Positions 27,462 to 43,006 of a stretch of 64,000 nt of DNA are shown here, piece after piece. Position 1 is the stretch's first letter, and each line of letters opens with the position of its first letter. The stretch is from Eledone cirrhosa (Eukaryota), in NCBI GenBank assembly GCA_964016885.1, contig OZ024754.1, positions 2,232,001 to 2,296,000 of the forward strand, written 5' to 3'. The notes under the pieces were generated by a model, which was not told the DNA's origin, did not search any database, and was given only the letters and a program-made list of their open reading frames with translations. Position numbers and translations under genes: made by a program.

Positions 27462-28165
27462 GCTAAGTTTGCTTTTTATTCACAGGTCTAAAACGGACAC
27501 AAACATTTAGAAAAATGGAATACAGCCCATCCTTGAGGCATATTGATGACGGAGATGTTGAAAATATATTACTTAGAATATATTATCGCAGTATCAAAGA
27601 TTTTCTTTCCGAAATATAGAAAAGAAAATTACTAATCCATGGAAAACAAAATTCCTAAAGAATCATGTAGTAAGAGATATCTAATAATAGAAATAAAAAT
27701 ATATAGAGTCCCAAAATATGTGTTCTCTGTATGTTAGTAATCCTTTATTTCCGGGTATTAAATCCTACATGTTTACTCCTGCTTTATCAGGAATCAGAAA
27801 AAAGATTATCTCAAAGTTGCCTACACACACACAGAAACATAGAGACACACATACACACACACACCCACATACACAAACATACACACACTCACACACACAT
27901 ACTGACTCAAAGACGCTCACAGCTACTCAAGCACATACACACACACGACGTGTGTGCACGTCGTTGCGCTAATGTAAATAAATATAGTGATACTTATTTA
28001 CGTGTATATATATATATATATATATATGCATATGTGTGTGTGTGTGTGGTGTGGATAAAATCATATATCTGGAGGAGTGTGTGTGGTATGTGTGTGGTGA
28101 GTGTGAGCGTTTGTGTACCACATTATTTAAGCAGTCATGAATATCCAGAAATAAATGGATGGCTA

Positions 28166-28218
<53 letters not shown>

Positions 28219-28223
<5 letters not shown>

Positions 28224-28294
28224 CTTCCAAAATATGTATACACTATTCAACAGCACTCTAATCAAAGTGTGTATTCATTCTTTGGGACACCATG
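28219..28294. mobile_element. About 78 bp Tc1/mariner-type MITE (degenerate)
   Basis: Homologous to 40393-40470, with right end TTTGGGACACCATG and TA flanks. Confidence 0.55.
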
Positions 28295-28357
28295 TATATA
28301 TATAAATACAAACATATATATATATATATATATATATAGGAAAAGAATCAGATCCCT

Positions 28358-28564
28358 AACGAAGGAAGTTTGGTAAGGAACCAGGTGGACCATAACGCAT
28401 CAGAGTACTCAATGTTTAGGGTAGTTGAGTGGGTAATAGGAAAATAGTCAGGACCCCGGCGGCAGACCTCAAGCCGTTTTGACGGCTCTTTCTGGACTCT
28501 GGAATCAAAGAAATAAAATAGCCGTCGAAACGGCATGAGCTCTGCCGTCGGGGTCATACTTTTT

Positions 28565-28569
<5 letters not shown>
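28358..28569. mobile_element. Family A fold-back element in (TA)n
   Basis: Long arm, a longer central spacer and a short arm ending TTTTCCTAT. Confidence 0.9.
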
Positions 28570-28621
<52 letters not shown>

Positions 28622-28678
28622 GGAGAGAAGGAAACACACAGACAGTAAATATATATATACATGCGTGTGTGTGTATGT

Positions 28679-28801
<123 letters not shown>

Positions 28802-29082
28802 CGTTCATCTATTCATGTACATGCCATGGCTTATGTTTCTGTGTCTGTGTGTCCTGTCTGAAGGTACAACATTTTTAAACATAGGTGTTCTCCTGCTCGG
28901 CGTGCTCCCACAATCATATATACAGGCATACAAAAATACATGTCTATATGTATATATGCTTATGTGTATAATTCTCAATATACATATATACATAATAATA
29001 CACACACACATATATACATATATATATATATACATACAATCATATATATATATATATATATATATGAATATATATATATGAA

Positions 29083-29126
<44 letters not shown>

Positions 29127-29682
29127 TATATGAATATATGTATATATGTATATATATATATGTATATTTATGGAAAAGAATGACATGAAATTTCTTAGTA
29201 CAGCTGATACTTACATTTATGTATATAATACATATATACATATTTATGTATACATGCATAAATATATATGAGTGTGTATATGTGCGTGTGTCTCTGTGTG
29301 TATCTGTGTGTGTGTGCTTGTGTGTGTATCTGTGTGTCTCTGTATGTCTGTGTATGTGCCTGTATGTGTCCCTCTGTGTGTGAATATATATATATATATA
29401 TATGTATGTATATGTATACATATTTATGCATACATGCATAAATATATATGGGTGTGTATCTGTGTGTGTATATGTGTGTGCCTCTGTGCCTCTGTGTGTG
29501 TGTCTGCGTGTGTCCGTGTGTGCGTGTGTGCCTCTGTGTGTGTATATATATAGATGAATATCAATACGATACGAAATTAGATTAATACTTTTAATCTGAT
29601 GACATATCTTTTTCCTATAATCTCCCACCAATACACAGCAGACATATTTATACATGCTCAGCACGGAGCAGGTTTTATTTTA

Positions 29683-29763
<81 letters not shown>

Positions 29764-29825
29764 GTGTGTGTGCGTGCGTTTGTATCGGTGTATTTCAGTC
29801 AGTGTGTGTTTACAAATATGTACAT

Positions 29826-29862
<37 letters not shown>

Positions 29863-30424
29863 GTGTGTGTGTATGTGTTTCGTATGTGTGTCGCATGTGT
29901 GAGTGCCTGTGTGTTTGACTATTTGAGTGTGTGTATCCGTATGTGTGTTTACAAATATATACATTGCATTTATATATGTGTGTGTGTATATATATATATA
30001 TATAAATTAAATATATTTATATATGTTTGTGGATGTGTGTGTTTGTGTGTATCCGTGAGTGTGTGTCTGTATGTGTGTGTTAGTGTCTGTGTGTGTGCGT
30101 GTGCATTTGTGTCTGGGTATGTTTTATATGTATTTAGCTATGATATATACATGACATATAGAGAATTACGATCCCTATGTTATTCATAGATAAGTCAGAG
30201 TTTATTCGCCACGCGTATTGACTATCGAAAAACTGTAAGTTTAAAAAATAAAGCAAAACAGAGACTTTGCTTATATTCTGTATTATGTCATGTAACAACT
30301 ACTGTATGTCAAACATATTTGATAAACATATTATAGACAGCGGCTATGATGATGAACGCGTGACAGAAGCATATGTACAACGGCTATGATGATGAACGTG
30401 ACAGAAATATATGTACATTGTATA

Positions 30425-30608
30425 TTTATTAAGATAACAGATTAAAGTTTAAGCAAAGATTCGCTGCTTTCACCTTTAACGGGATCTTCTGAAACTAAAA
30501 AAAAATCAATCTGTGAACGCAGAAGTAAATATTTCAAAAAACGTTGCAACCGTAGGAAGACAGGAAGACGATACTTTGGTTCGTGGAAACGTTCCCTGTC
30601 AAAGAACG
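30425..30608. mobile_element. Family B terminus (-) joined to a second HHR-like module (+)
   Basis: 30425-30495 is the reverse complement of family B. 30507-30608 recurs at 58719-58818. Confidence 0.65.
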
Positions 30609-31363
30609 GTATAACAGCGATGATGAGGATAGAGTTCATTATGTTTATGACAATAGTTATACTAATCATAGTGATAATGGTGATGTTGAGCATTATAATC
30701 AATTCAAAAGTATGATTGTTGTATATATACATGGTCCTTCAATTAAACTCCCTGTAAAATGTATTGGTCATCCCATAGCTAAACTACAAACCACTTGCTC
30801 AAGTTGCCTTTGGATCATTTGTTTTTATCCGGCAGTATTCTGAATTTTGGTTGGTTGTCTCTCTAATGAAGTAATTTGTCTTTCCTGAGTTCTCTTTACA
30901 CGGTATCCCAATTTAGATTTATCAATCTCTTAAAAGTTCTATCTCTTTTCATGTAACATTAAAAAACAAAAAACTGAAACCGTATGGAAATTTAGTGAAT
31001 TGTAAAATAAAATAACTAAAATGTGTTGCACAAAAAACTTTCCATAAATGTATATATATATATTATAAATTAAATTTATAAATTTAAGAATTTATAAATT
31101 TCCGGTTGGTTGGTTGGTTCCACAACCGGACGGTTGTTCATATATTGTCAAAGTTCTTTCGTCACACATTCTGTGACCGCTTCAGTGACTGGGGATTCTT
31201 TTCTTTGTTTTTGTGCCTCTCATTTGTTCTGTCCTACGCCATCTTGTTTTATATATATATATATATATAGTGTTATATATATATATATATATATATTGTT
31301 ATATTGGGGGAGGGTCATATTCTTGTAATATTGCCAGAAATAATAACAGAACACACACACACA

Positions 31364-31495
<132 letters not shown>

Positions 31496-31508
31496 TAATA
31501 ATAATAAA

Positions 31509-31650
31509 TGTGGAGACTAAAATCCGAAGAAGGCTCGATAAGGATTATATATATATAATATATATATAAACCCGTAGAGTTTCAGAAGATCCCGATAAGG
31601 GTGAAAGCAGCGATTCTTTGCTTAAACTTTAATCTCTTCTTAGAATAAAC
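31509..31650 (+). mobile_element. Family B PLE-like terminus
   Basis: Close homologue of 26721-26860, containing CAGAAGATCCCGATAAGGGTGAAAGC and followed by AATAAA. Confidence 0.65.
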
Positions 31651-32738
31651 ATATATATATATGTGTGTGGGGGGGGGGGGGAGCCTCTCGGTGTGGTGTG
31701 GTGTGGTGTGGTGTGGTGTGGTGTGTGTGTGTGCCTGTGTGTGTGTGTAATTGCATGCATGATTCTTCGTCAGTTCAATACAAAAGCCAGAGTTACTTTA
31801 ATTTTTAATTTCACTTGAATAAGGGCTGTAACCCAATGTCCACATTACGGTATCGAGTACTGACATTACAACTGCATCAATTGTCTTTGTCTTTTAGTAT
31901 AGAATTTCTTCTGTTTTAAACTGTGTTACTCATTATGTTTGGTAAAAACTGTTACTGTACATCACAGAGCACGTAATGCAGCGTCGAAGCCAGAGAATTC
32001 TCCTTTCAGCCTTTGTCTGTGAAACAGCTTTGATTTCCCTATCAATAGCTTGAATCTGTTTAATCTGTTTACCTTTGGGGTACTTCAATTGTCCCCACAA
32101 TCTTGATGAACACATTAAGAAAGGGATTTATTTCTTTTCCTTTTTATTTTACGTATGTTTCTATGTTTCTTTGATTCTATTTTGTTTCAGATTTCTTTTT
32201 CATACGTTCTTCATTGTCTCCTTTCTTATTTTTTTCCTATGTTCCTTTCTTTCTTTCTACCTTGCTTGCTTGCCTACTCGCTTGTACGCTTTCTTTACGA
32301 AAAATCAATTTCTACAACAGAATCTAGGGAAATAACGAAACAAGTAGTTCTGTTGTACATCGACATTTTTCAATTAATTGTTATCTTGTCTAACGTTTAC
32401 AATGAGAAAATTACACTTTAAACTTCGCCTCTCTATATCCCTCACCATCTTCAGTCATTTATTGGCAATAAAATCAAAAACTATTTATCTTTCAGCACTA
32501 CAGAACATTAAATTATAAAATAAAGTGATTTCCATTTTCTAATAATTTTTTCTTGTGTATATGTGTAATTTTTTTTTTTTTTAACTTAAAAACAATATTT
32601 TGTTACTATACTTTATATTTTTTATATATTTCATGCAAATTGTATGAAGACATTAAAAACAGCTTAAACTGTTTATGTCCCTTAAGAGGGTGATGAGTTT
32701 AAATGTATAAAAACATGAGTTAAACAAGTAATAATGAA

Positions 32739-32788
<50 letters not shown>

Positions 32789-33150
32789 TAATAATGGTAA
32801 TAATAATAATAATAATTTAATGTTTTCAGAAAGTCATTGAGGTACGAATGTTCAAAGAAAAATATTTTCTAGCTTCAAACAATTAAAGTTTCCTTATTAT
32901 ATTCAATATGTTTTGTCTTAAATTTTATAGAAAACGAGGATTTGCATACGTCTGGAAATGTGATTTCGAGACAGGTTTAACATATTATTTTGAAATTAAG
33001 CGTTACTTTAGCAATTTAATTTGCATACATCGATCAGTGACTCCAGAATCAGTTTGCACACACACACACACACACATCGTATATATATATATATATATTT
33101 ATATATAGTTAAATAAGATAACAAGGACGATTTCTTACTCCTTCATTACG

Positions 33151-33215
33151 TTTATTGGTTGGTTACGCGTACTTCGATCTAACCTGACTCTGTAATCCGT
33201 GGCTCGTCAGACCCC
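33151..33215 (-). ncRNA. Hammerhead-like PLE terminus
   Basis: The minus strand reads GGT-CTGACGA-G...C-GAAG-TACGCGTA-ACC...AATAAA, with a palindromic helix III and one core deviation. Confidence 0.45.
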
Positions 33216-33231
33216 TTGTAATGTTAATGGA

Positions 33232-33304
<73 letters not shown>

Positions 33305-33547
33305 AATAGCTACGTGTGTTTATGTATATATATATATATATAATAGAAAAAACGAGGAAGTTTCATTTACATATGAAAAATGTCACCGTCCTACCTACAT
33401 ATATATATATATATACATGTATATATATATGTGTGTGTATATATATATATAAGAATATCTATGTGTATATATATTTAGATATATGTGTCTGTCTGTATAC
33501 GTTTGTGTCTGTGCGTATATATGTGTATAAATAAATATATGTATATA

Positions 33548-33632
<85 letters not shown>

Positions 33633-33656
33633 AGAGAGAGAGAGAGATGTAGTTTA

Positions 33657-33702
<46 letters not shown>

Positions 33703-33717
33703 AACTATATATATATC

Positions 33718-33774
<57 letters not shown>

Positions 33775-34913
33775 CTATATATATAGAGAGATATATGTAT
33801 AGATATAGAGATAGATATAGATATAGTTTATGTATATATATATATATGTATACACACATAAACTACATCTACCTCTATATATATACTTATATACCTGCAA
33901 TTACATTCACTCCATACCATACATACACATAAACGAATGTATTTATGTATGTGTGCGTGTGTTCTCTTACATATGTGTTCTTTTACATTCAGCTGGCCTT
34001 CCGAATATTCATATCTGTAAATAACCATCATTTAGATTGCTATAGTGGAAAACATCCATCTTTTAATCTGTCGAAGAATTCAATATGCGTCCGATATATA
34101 TCTATAACTTTTGAGTGCCCAACTAATTTTTGCTGGCGTTATTATTAGTGACTGATGCCAAGAGACATGGAGTAAATTTTGCAAGCTTCTTTACTCTCAC
34201 CAACGCAAATCACTTTTGTGCGAGATGAGGAATTTTTCCGCTCGAAAGTCATTCTTCAACGAAAGTTTGGGGAGCTCTTATTTCCTGAAGGTAGATAAAT
34301 CATCATTTCCCGCCCCGTCTCTGCTAAGTTCTCTATTCTATATGTGGACATTAATGGTATTGCAAAGATGCTGCATTTCTCTTTCGGCGATTGCTCTATG
34401 ACGCCGAAGACTTATTGCTTGGGATCCAGCAACTAAATCTCGCATCTCTAATCGGGACTTTTCATGCTTAAATGATTTATGTGAAACAACTTACGAAGCT
34501 TATTGCATTACAGCAGTCATAGTGAACTGTCATTTTAGCTTCAACCAAATACACATAGCGGCATTTACTGATAGGTGTATTTGCCGAAAAATAATGGCAG
34601 ATTTTCATATATGCCAGCGATTTCTACTCATTTTTTTTCCATATATATATTTCGTATTATTTCTTTATTACAGTATTACTTCATTTCGCTTATTTTGTTG
34701 TTATTTTTCCATTTAAGTCTTAACAGTCGGAAAGAAATTAGAAAAATAGGAAATATACAAGGCAGATGATAAATATTAGTAAATCGAATATATACAAACA
34801 TATAGACACAGAGAATAGAAATGTAGACATACTCTCGTATATATATATATTCATATATATATATATACATTCATATACACGTGTACGCATTACTGAGTAT
34901 ATATAAATATAAC

Positions 34914-34968
<55 letters not shown>

Positions 34969-34999
34969 ATATATATGTGTGTATATATAAATATATATA

Positions 35000-35120
<121 letters not shown>

Positions 35121-35151
35121 GTGTATATATATATATATGTGTATATATATA

Positions 35152-35201
<50 letters not shown>

Positions 35202-35303
35202 TGAATATATACACAGAGTAATATATGTATATACATATATATACACACAGAGTAATATATATATATACATATATATACACACAGAGTAATATATATATAT
35301 ATT

Positions 35304-35373
<70 letters not shown>

Positions 35374-35671
35374 TACAGAGAGCAGGATAAAAAAACACAA
35401 GTTCAGATATAAAGTCATAGATATACCAGAACAATAAGGGTCGGAATCTTTGTATATACAGAGATATATTCTATGAAACAAACATCGCAGAGAAAAAGAA
35501 GAAAGATGAAATAAAAACTAAAATAAGATTAAATACAGACATATTTATAGTCTTGCACATAGATAATAGAGAAAGATTTTTTATATATACGTACACACTC
35601 TCTAAGTAAACATACAAATATACATACACATAAATCAAAAGATGTAATATATATATATATATATATATATA

Positions 35672-35722
<51 letters not shown>

Positions 35723-36209
35723 TACAAAGTACTCGCATATGCTCGCAAACATACATATACACTCATATATATATTTGTAGGTATGTATGTATATATTTAT
35801 GTATGTATTTATGTATGTATGTAGATATATGTTTGTGTGTGTGTGTGTGTGTGTGTAGGTATGCATATGTTTAGGTGTTTGTGAATGTGAGGTTGTATAT
35901 ACACACGCACAATCTCTCTTTCTGTATATATATATATATATGTGTGTGTTTGTATGCGTGCAGAAATGCACACGCATACGCGAATATGTATATACGCACA
36001 CACAGACACACACACATATCTATCCTTCTATCTATCCATATGTCTATCTATCTATCGATCCATCTATCTATCTGTCTAACTATCCTTATATTTATCTGTC
36101 CATCTATCTTTCTAACTACCCATCTATCTCTCTATCTATATGTAAAACCCCCGCCGTCACTTCTTGTAATGTCCCATTTTTGTACACCGCTGTGGCAAAT
36201 AAAGAAAGA

Positions 36210-36341
<132 letters not shown>

Positions 36342-36585
36342 GAATAGAGATGGACAAACACAGTAGAAATATCCTAGAGAATTCACCTTATTCCTCACCA
36401 TACAGAAACATGTTCTCCCAAACTGATAGATGTACACAGAATTATACAAACACCACTCCATATACAGACTATTAAATATTACATTTAAATACACGAAAAA
36501 TTATAAACGAAATAACTGCCAACAATATCGAATAAATATTTATTATTGATAAGTATGAATATACAAAGTACAATTTGTAGTTATA

Positions 36586-36712
36586 CAGGGTGGCCCAAAA
36601 GTCGCAATACATAGGAAATGTTTAAGTTTCCATATTTATTTCTTTTGAATAAATTGTTTCTTGTAAAACAAATATATATTTTTATGTATCACGACTTTTG
36701 TAATACCATGAT
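36586..36712. mobile_element. Tc1/mariner-type MITE
   Basis: TA-CAGGGTGGCCCAAAAGTCGCAATACATA at the left end and an imperfect inverse TATGTATCACGACTTTTGTAATACCATG at the right end. Confidence 0.6.
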
Positions 36713-36740
36713 AAAATCTCAACAGTAGACAAGGTAAAGA

Positions 36741-36885
36741 TACAGTGCTGTGGTCAAATAAAATTAAAACAGACCTTAACAGTAAAAAATGGTGAAGACA
36801 GGCGTTATCAAGCCCCAGCTGTCAGATTAAAACAGCTAAAGGGTGTCAATGACAGCGATGGGCAAAAATGCTTCAGTGGACAGAG
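36741..36885 (+). pseudogene. Possible decayed Tc1 DDE transposase fragment
   Basis: TVLWSNKIK resembles Tc1 VLWSDETK. A downstream frameshifted AM...CFSG resembles VMVWGCFS. Stops and frameshifts are present. Confidence 0.3.
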
Positions 36886-37020
36886 ACATGCGGCCAGTGG
36901 TCAGCAGAGAGACAATCCAAGAAGATTAAATATATATATATATACACATACATACATACATACATACATACATACATACATACATACATCCATATATACA
37001 TACATACATACATATATATA

Positions 37021-37224
37021 CATCCAGAGTTGACACTGCACTCAGTGCTCCTGTGGGAGACCCGGCATGGACACACTGGAAGAGGAAGACTGAGGTTAAA
37101 ATATGTTGATGTCCTAAGAATAGACACTGTTCTCTTGGAGACACAAGACATGGCAGCGATAATGAGGGACAGAGATCGCTGGAGTGAATTCGTCCATGGA
37201 TCTCGGGAATTTTACCCGCCCTAG
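37021..37224 (+). mobile_element. RTE-clade LINE 3' fragment
   Basis: HPELTLHSVLLWETRHGHTGRGRLRLKYVD...MRDRDRW is a typical RTE C-terminus (GR.R..Y.D...DR..W). Homologue at 61976-62269. Confidence 0.8.
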
Positions 37225-37845
37225 ACATATATATATATATATATATATACATACATGTTGCTTGTTTATTTTCCTATCTTCGGTTTGCTTTTATCCTTCT
37301 ATGTTGTTTACTTGTCCCCCTCGCTTTACGCGATTCACTGGTCCCAATAACTTTTTTTAGCTATTACTCGCACCAAACTGAGGTATATGATTTTTAATGC
37401 GATGAAATACCAATGATGGTTGGAAAATCACTGACGAAGGACTATTTTTATCATATGTAACCCATGTGCAACCACGCAGTATTCTTCTTTCTTCTCATGT
37501 TTTTAATATATATATATAAATATATATATTTACACACATATATATATAATTCCCTATTTAATCCTGTAAGATTTTAGAGCAGCGTTAAGGGAAAAAAAAC
37601 GGTAAAGTCTGTAGCTTTATCATTCAATTAAAATATATCTAAAGAAATATTTCAATACAGATTTAAGGGAGATTACTAGCGTGGTGAGTGGATTATTTTT
37701 CACGATAATATTTTTTGAAGAAAAAAATACCTTTCACATATTATTTATTATTATTAGTATTATTTTTCTTGGCGCACTTGGTATTATTGTACTCATATGG
37801 ATACACAAGTATTCATATATATTCTTATATATTATATACATTGAT

Positions 37846-37904
<59 letters not shown>

Positions 37905-37955
37905 TTATGTATATACATTTATATATACATTTATATATACATTTATATATATATA

Positions 37956-37999
<44 letters not shown>

Positions 38000-38059
38000 C
38001 ATATATACATTTATATATATACATATATACATTTATATATATTCATTTATATATATACA

Positions 38060-38093
<34 letters not shown>

Positions 38094-38207
38094 CATTTAT
38101 ATACATATATATAAATATATACATTTATATATATACATATATGTGTGTGTGTGCGTGTGTCTGTGCAATGGTATGTGTGTGTATATATACATATATATAC
38201 ATTTATA

Positions 38208-38269
38208 TCCAGAATTAGTCGTCGAAACGGCTTGAGCTCAGCCGTCGGGGTCCTACTCGTTCCTATTAC
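38208..38269. mobile_element. Family A single-arm fragment
   Basis: TCCAGAATTAGTCGTCGAAACGGCTTGAGCTCAGCCGTCGGGGTCCTACTCGTTCCTATTAC. Confidence 0.85.
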
Positions 38270-38283
38270 ATTTATATATATAC

Positions 38284-38356
<73 letters not shown>

Positions 38357-38862
38357 TAAATATATACATTTATATATATACATTTATATATATATAAATA
38401 TTATATACATTTATATATATACATATACATATACATATATATATGTGTGTGTGTCTGTGCAATGGTATGTGTGTGTATATACACATTATCAAAGTGAAAC
38501 AGACAGATAAGTGTATGTAAATTTATGGTTGTTCTATTTAAACATGTTGAGGAATGCTAGAAAGCTAGACATCTGTTTCTGGTGTGACTCTTTCCAGCCC
38601 TAGAGACTCTGTCTTAAACTGAAGTAACTCAGTGATTTATTCTTCTTAAAATAGTGATGCCTGACTAGAGAACAATATAGGCAGCGTTTCAATGCAGTTT
38701 TTTCCAAAATAGCTCTTTAGAAGTTATAACAACATATCATATTAACATCTTGGCTAGCTGACATCGTCTGGTAATTTCATTATCAAACGATGCTTGCACA
38801 CATGGGTACCACTACCTGTAGATGTATCTCTATATATCGTTCTCTCTCTCTCTCTCTCTCTC

Positions 38863-39003
<141 letters not shown>

Positions 39004-39005
39004 TG

Positions 39006-39048
39006 TTTCTTTATTAGCCACAGGGGCAGAAAAGAAGGGGACAAATAC
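39006..39048 (-). mobile_element. Tiny 3' end related to the L1/Tx1-type LINE
   Basis: TTTCTTTATTAGCCACAGGGG resembles 49525-49545 and abuts (GATA)n. Confidence 0.5.
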
Positions 39049-39246
39049 CAGGGTGGAAGTTTACATACAATAAAAACGTGTAAAATATTATCACAAATGC
39101 AATTTAAAAAATTAGTCGAGTTTACCCAATAGGAGGAGACAGTTTATATGGGTAGATAGATAGATAGATAGATAGATAGCTAGATAGATATATAGATAGC
39201 TACACAGAGACACGTATACATACACACATATATAGTTAAAAGATAA

Positions 39247-39337
<91 letters not shown>

Positions 39338-39362
39338 GAGATGGAGGTATATAAATATATAT

Positions 39363-39403
<41 letters not shown>

Positions 39404-39950
39404 ATTCGTACTTTTAACTATGTAAATTAACACAGATCAAATATGTGTTATATATAAATCCTTTTTTCTATATAGATCATATGCTAAATGAACTCCGGGC
39501 TCAGTTGAACTGAATAGGTCAGATAAAATCAAACCTATATAGGGAGCTGTCCCTAGCCTATAAACTAAGTTTTATCTCCTTTTCCCCCATATATTTGAGA
39601 CATATATTTGAGACATATATGTGAGTCATATATTTGAGACATATTTGAGTCATATAATTGAGTTTTATATTTGAAACATATATTTGAGCCATATATTTGA
39701 GACATATATGCGAGTCATATATTTGAGAAATACAACTGCTGTTCTTGTAGCTGTTACAAGCCAAGTACAATTGACGATTTCTTCTGAATGCAACAGCTCT
39801 CATCCTGTAAAACTCATTTCTATATTAAACTTCATGTTTACACTCTATTAATTTATTGAGTACCTTACTTACTGTGGTTACCCCCATTAAACCCGGGACT
39901 CACATATGAATGTATGCATGTATGTATGTTCGTGAGCATCAATATATATG

Positions 39951-39993
<43 letters not shown>

Positions 39994-40030
39994 AATATAG
40001 AATTGGCTTCTGCAGGACTAGAACATCTTC

Positions 40031-40101
<71 letters not shown>

Positions 40102-40103
<2 letters not shown>

Positions 40104-40292
40104 CGAAGGAGGTGTGGTAAGGAACCAGATGGACCATAACGCACCAGAGTACTCAATACTTAGGATAGTAGAGGGGGTAATAGGAAAAAGTTTAACCCCG
40201 ACGGTTTAACCTGAAGCCGTTTCGACGGCTATTTCTGGCCCAGAAATAGCCGTCGAAACGGCTAAAGCTCTGCCGTCGGGGTTAAACTTCTT

Positions 40293-40297
<5 letters not shown>
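40102..40297. mobile_element. Family A fold-back element in (TA)n
   Basis: Centre CTATTTCTGG-c-CCAGAAATAG. The private variant AGTTTAACCCC/GGGGTTAAACT is present in both arms. Confidence 0.9.
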
Positions 40298-40357
<60 letters not shown>

Positions 40358-40392
40358 AAGTGTATGTGTGTGTGTATATATTTATGTATAAA

Positions 40393-40464
40393 CAGGCTGT
40401 CCTCCAAGAAGTATACACATTTCAACAACATTCTAATGAAAGTATATATACATTTTTGGGGGAC

Positions 40465-40470
<6 letters not shown>
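40393..40470. mobile_element. About 78 bp Tc1/mariner-type MITE
   Basis: Imperfect TIRs CAGGCTGTCCTCCAAGAAGTATA and TATACATTTTTGGGGGACACCCT, with TA-rich flanks. Confidence 0.6.
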
Positions 40471-40517
<47 letters not shown>

Positions 40518-40762
40518 GTGTGTATATATGTGTGCCTTCTGTGAGTATGAACATATCTATGTAGTTCATATAGCTAGTGTAGTTGCTCCAATATGTTTCT
40601 CTGTTGCCTGGACGGTGGCGCCGTCTTTGAACTGCAATATTTCAAGCAAACTTAACGGTGAAGTTTATCATTTCTCAAGATAGCTTATTTCTCTAATAAT
40701 TTACACAGCACGCTGAAACAAAGAAACGCATATCATATTTTTTATTTTTTTTATTCTCTTGA

Positions 40763-41200
40763 TAGCCATCATCATCGTCATCACCATCGTTACCATCATC
40801 GTCATCATCATCATCATCGTCATCATCATAATCATCGTCATAATCATCGTCATCAGCATCATCATCATCGTCATCATCATCATCGTCATCATAATCATCA
40901 TCATCATCATCATCAGCGTCATCATAATCATCGTTATCATCGTCATCGTCATCAGCATCATCATCATCGTTGTCATCGTGACGTTCTCCAAATTTTCCTC
41001 CGTTTCCTACACCCCCACTCTTGCACTCCTCTTTCTCCCCCTCTCCCTCACTCTTTTTCCTTCTCTTTCTCAACTACTCTTCATCATCATCATCATCATC
41101 ATCATAATTGTTATCGTTGTGGTCATTATCATCATGATCGTTACCACCACAATCACCATCATCATCATCATCACAATCACTATAATCTTTATCATCATTA
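40763..41200. repeat. Degenerate (ATC)n tract
   Basis: Source of the poly-D, poly-M and poly-I pseudo-ORFs. Confidence 0.95.
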
Positions 41201-41291
41201 GCACTGTTTATTTCTGTTATCGTTTATTTTTATTTTTTTGGAGGTGGGGGGAAGGAGTGGAGCGACGTGTTCTGTTTTTTTCCTATATATG

Positions 41292-41323
<32 letters not shown>

Positions 41324-41360
41324 CATATATATGTATATATATATACATATATATATATAC

Positions 41361-41391
<31 letters not shown>

Positions 41392-41402
41392 CATATATAT
41401 AC

Positions 41403-41451
<49 letters not shown>

Positions 41452-41574
41452 TATATATACATATGTATGTATATATATATACATATATATATACATATAT
41501 ATACATATATATATACATATGTATGTATATATATATACATATATATATATACATATATATACATATATATATAC

Positions 41575-41750
<176 letters not shown>

Positions 41751-41804
41751 AAATGGCGTGCTGCGTGGTTGAAAATGGGTTACATATGAATAAAATTAGT
41801 CCTT

Positions 41805-41843
<39 letters not shown>

Positions 41844-42009
41844 CCCATTCCTGAACTCTGATAGGCTATGAAATATAACGTGACTTAAACTTATGTCTCA
41901 CCATAAGCTCCGCCATATATAATATAATTGTCTATTTTCTGTTGTTTTTTCTTGAGGTTTGGGGATTGTTTTTTTTTTCTTCTTTTACTGTTGCTGTTAT
42001 TCCAGTCGA

Positions 42010-42061
<52 letters not shown>

Positions 42062-42261
42062 GCTACTGCTACTGCTACTACTACTACAATAATCACCATC
42101 ATTACGTTTATAATAGATAATGCTGTCTAAGAAATTTTCTTTTTCTCAAATTATTCTTTTTAATCTGGATGTTGTCTCGCTTTTTTCTGCCATTCTTCAT
42201 TTCAAACTTCTGATATCATCATCATCATCATCATTATCATCATCATCATCATCATCATATT

Positions 42262-42425
42262 TTGATAATTAGAAGAAGGGAGGCGGATGCAAAAATCAAA
42301 GTCGTTATCTTCAATTCGGTATTCATTCCAGCCCTTACTTCTGGTCTTGAATCTTGGGTTAAGAACGAAATAATACGATCGCAACTTCACATAGGCCAAA
42401 ATGAGGTTCCTCTGAACATATGTGC
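42262..42425 (+). mobile_element. RTE-clade reverse transcriptase thumb fragment (frameshifted)
   Basis: KIKVVIFNSVFIPALTSGLESW...SQL followed by frameshifted MRFL* matches the RTE pattern K..IY..VV.P.LLYG.ETW...EMRFLR. Confidence 0.65.
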
Positions 42426-42645
42426 ATTTTCACTGGACTTTCGCACGTACAGTAGTGTGTTCTTGTGGCATATTAACTTCTTCACTTAAATTGAGTTAAC
42501 ATCTGAATATGTTACATTAGTGTCGGTTTCTAGTGAAGTAATTGCAAAACGGTTGTATACTGTTGCCACTGAAATAAGTACTATGCAGTAAATATGATTA
42601 CGTAACATATGTCTTAAATTTAATTTACACACACACACACACATA

Positions 42646-42741
<96 letters not shown>

Positions 42742-42889
42742 AATTGTGGTAAAAAAGGGAGGTTGTATCCGTAGTAAGTAGAGCAATCAGTCCATGGAAC
42801 TAGTTCGGTATAGAGTTAGCAAATCATACTCGAGGACGAGCGTTTCACCGAGCAGATTTTAAACCCGTGTGTGTACACACTCACACACA

Positions 42890-42961
<72 letters not shown>

Positions 42962-42964
<3 letters not shown>

Positions 42965-43006
42965 CTGTCGAAACGTACGAAGCTCAGTCGTCGGTGTCCT
43001 GAATCT

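Noticed and set aside
34340-34470. About 44-codon open stretch on the minus strand (KHEKSRLEMRDLVAGSQ...)
   Set aside because: Short, bounded by stops, with no recognised homology or clear splice sites.
37431-37470. CTGACGAAGG as a hammerhead core
   Set aside because: No downstream GAAA or pairing helices.
40693-41073. Asp-rich acidic protein ORF
   Set aside because: (GAT)n microsatellite that is open in several frames.
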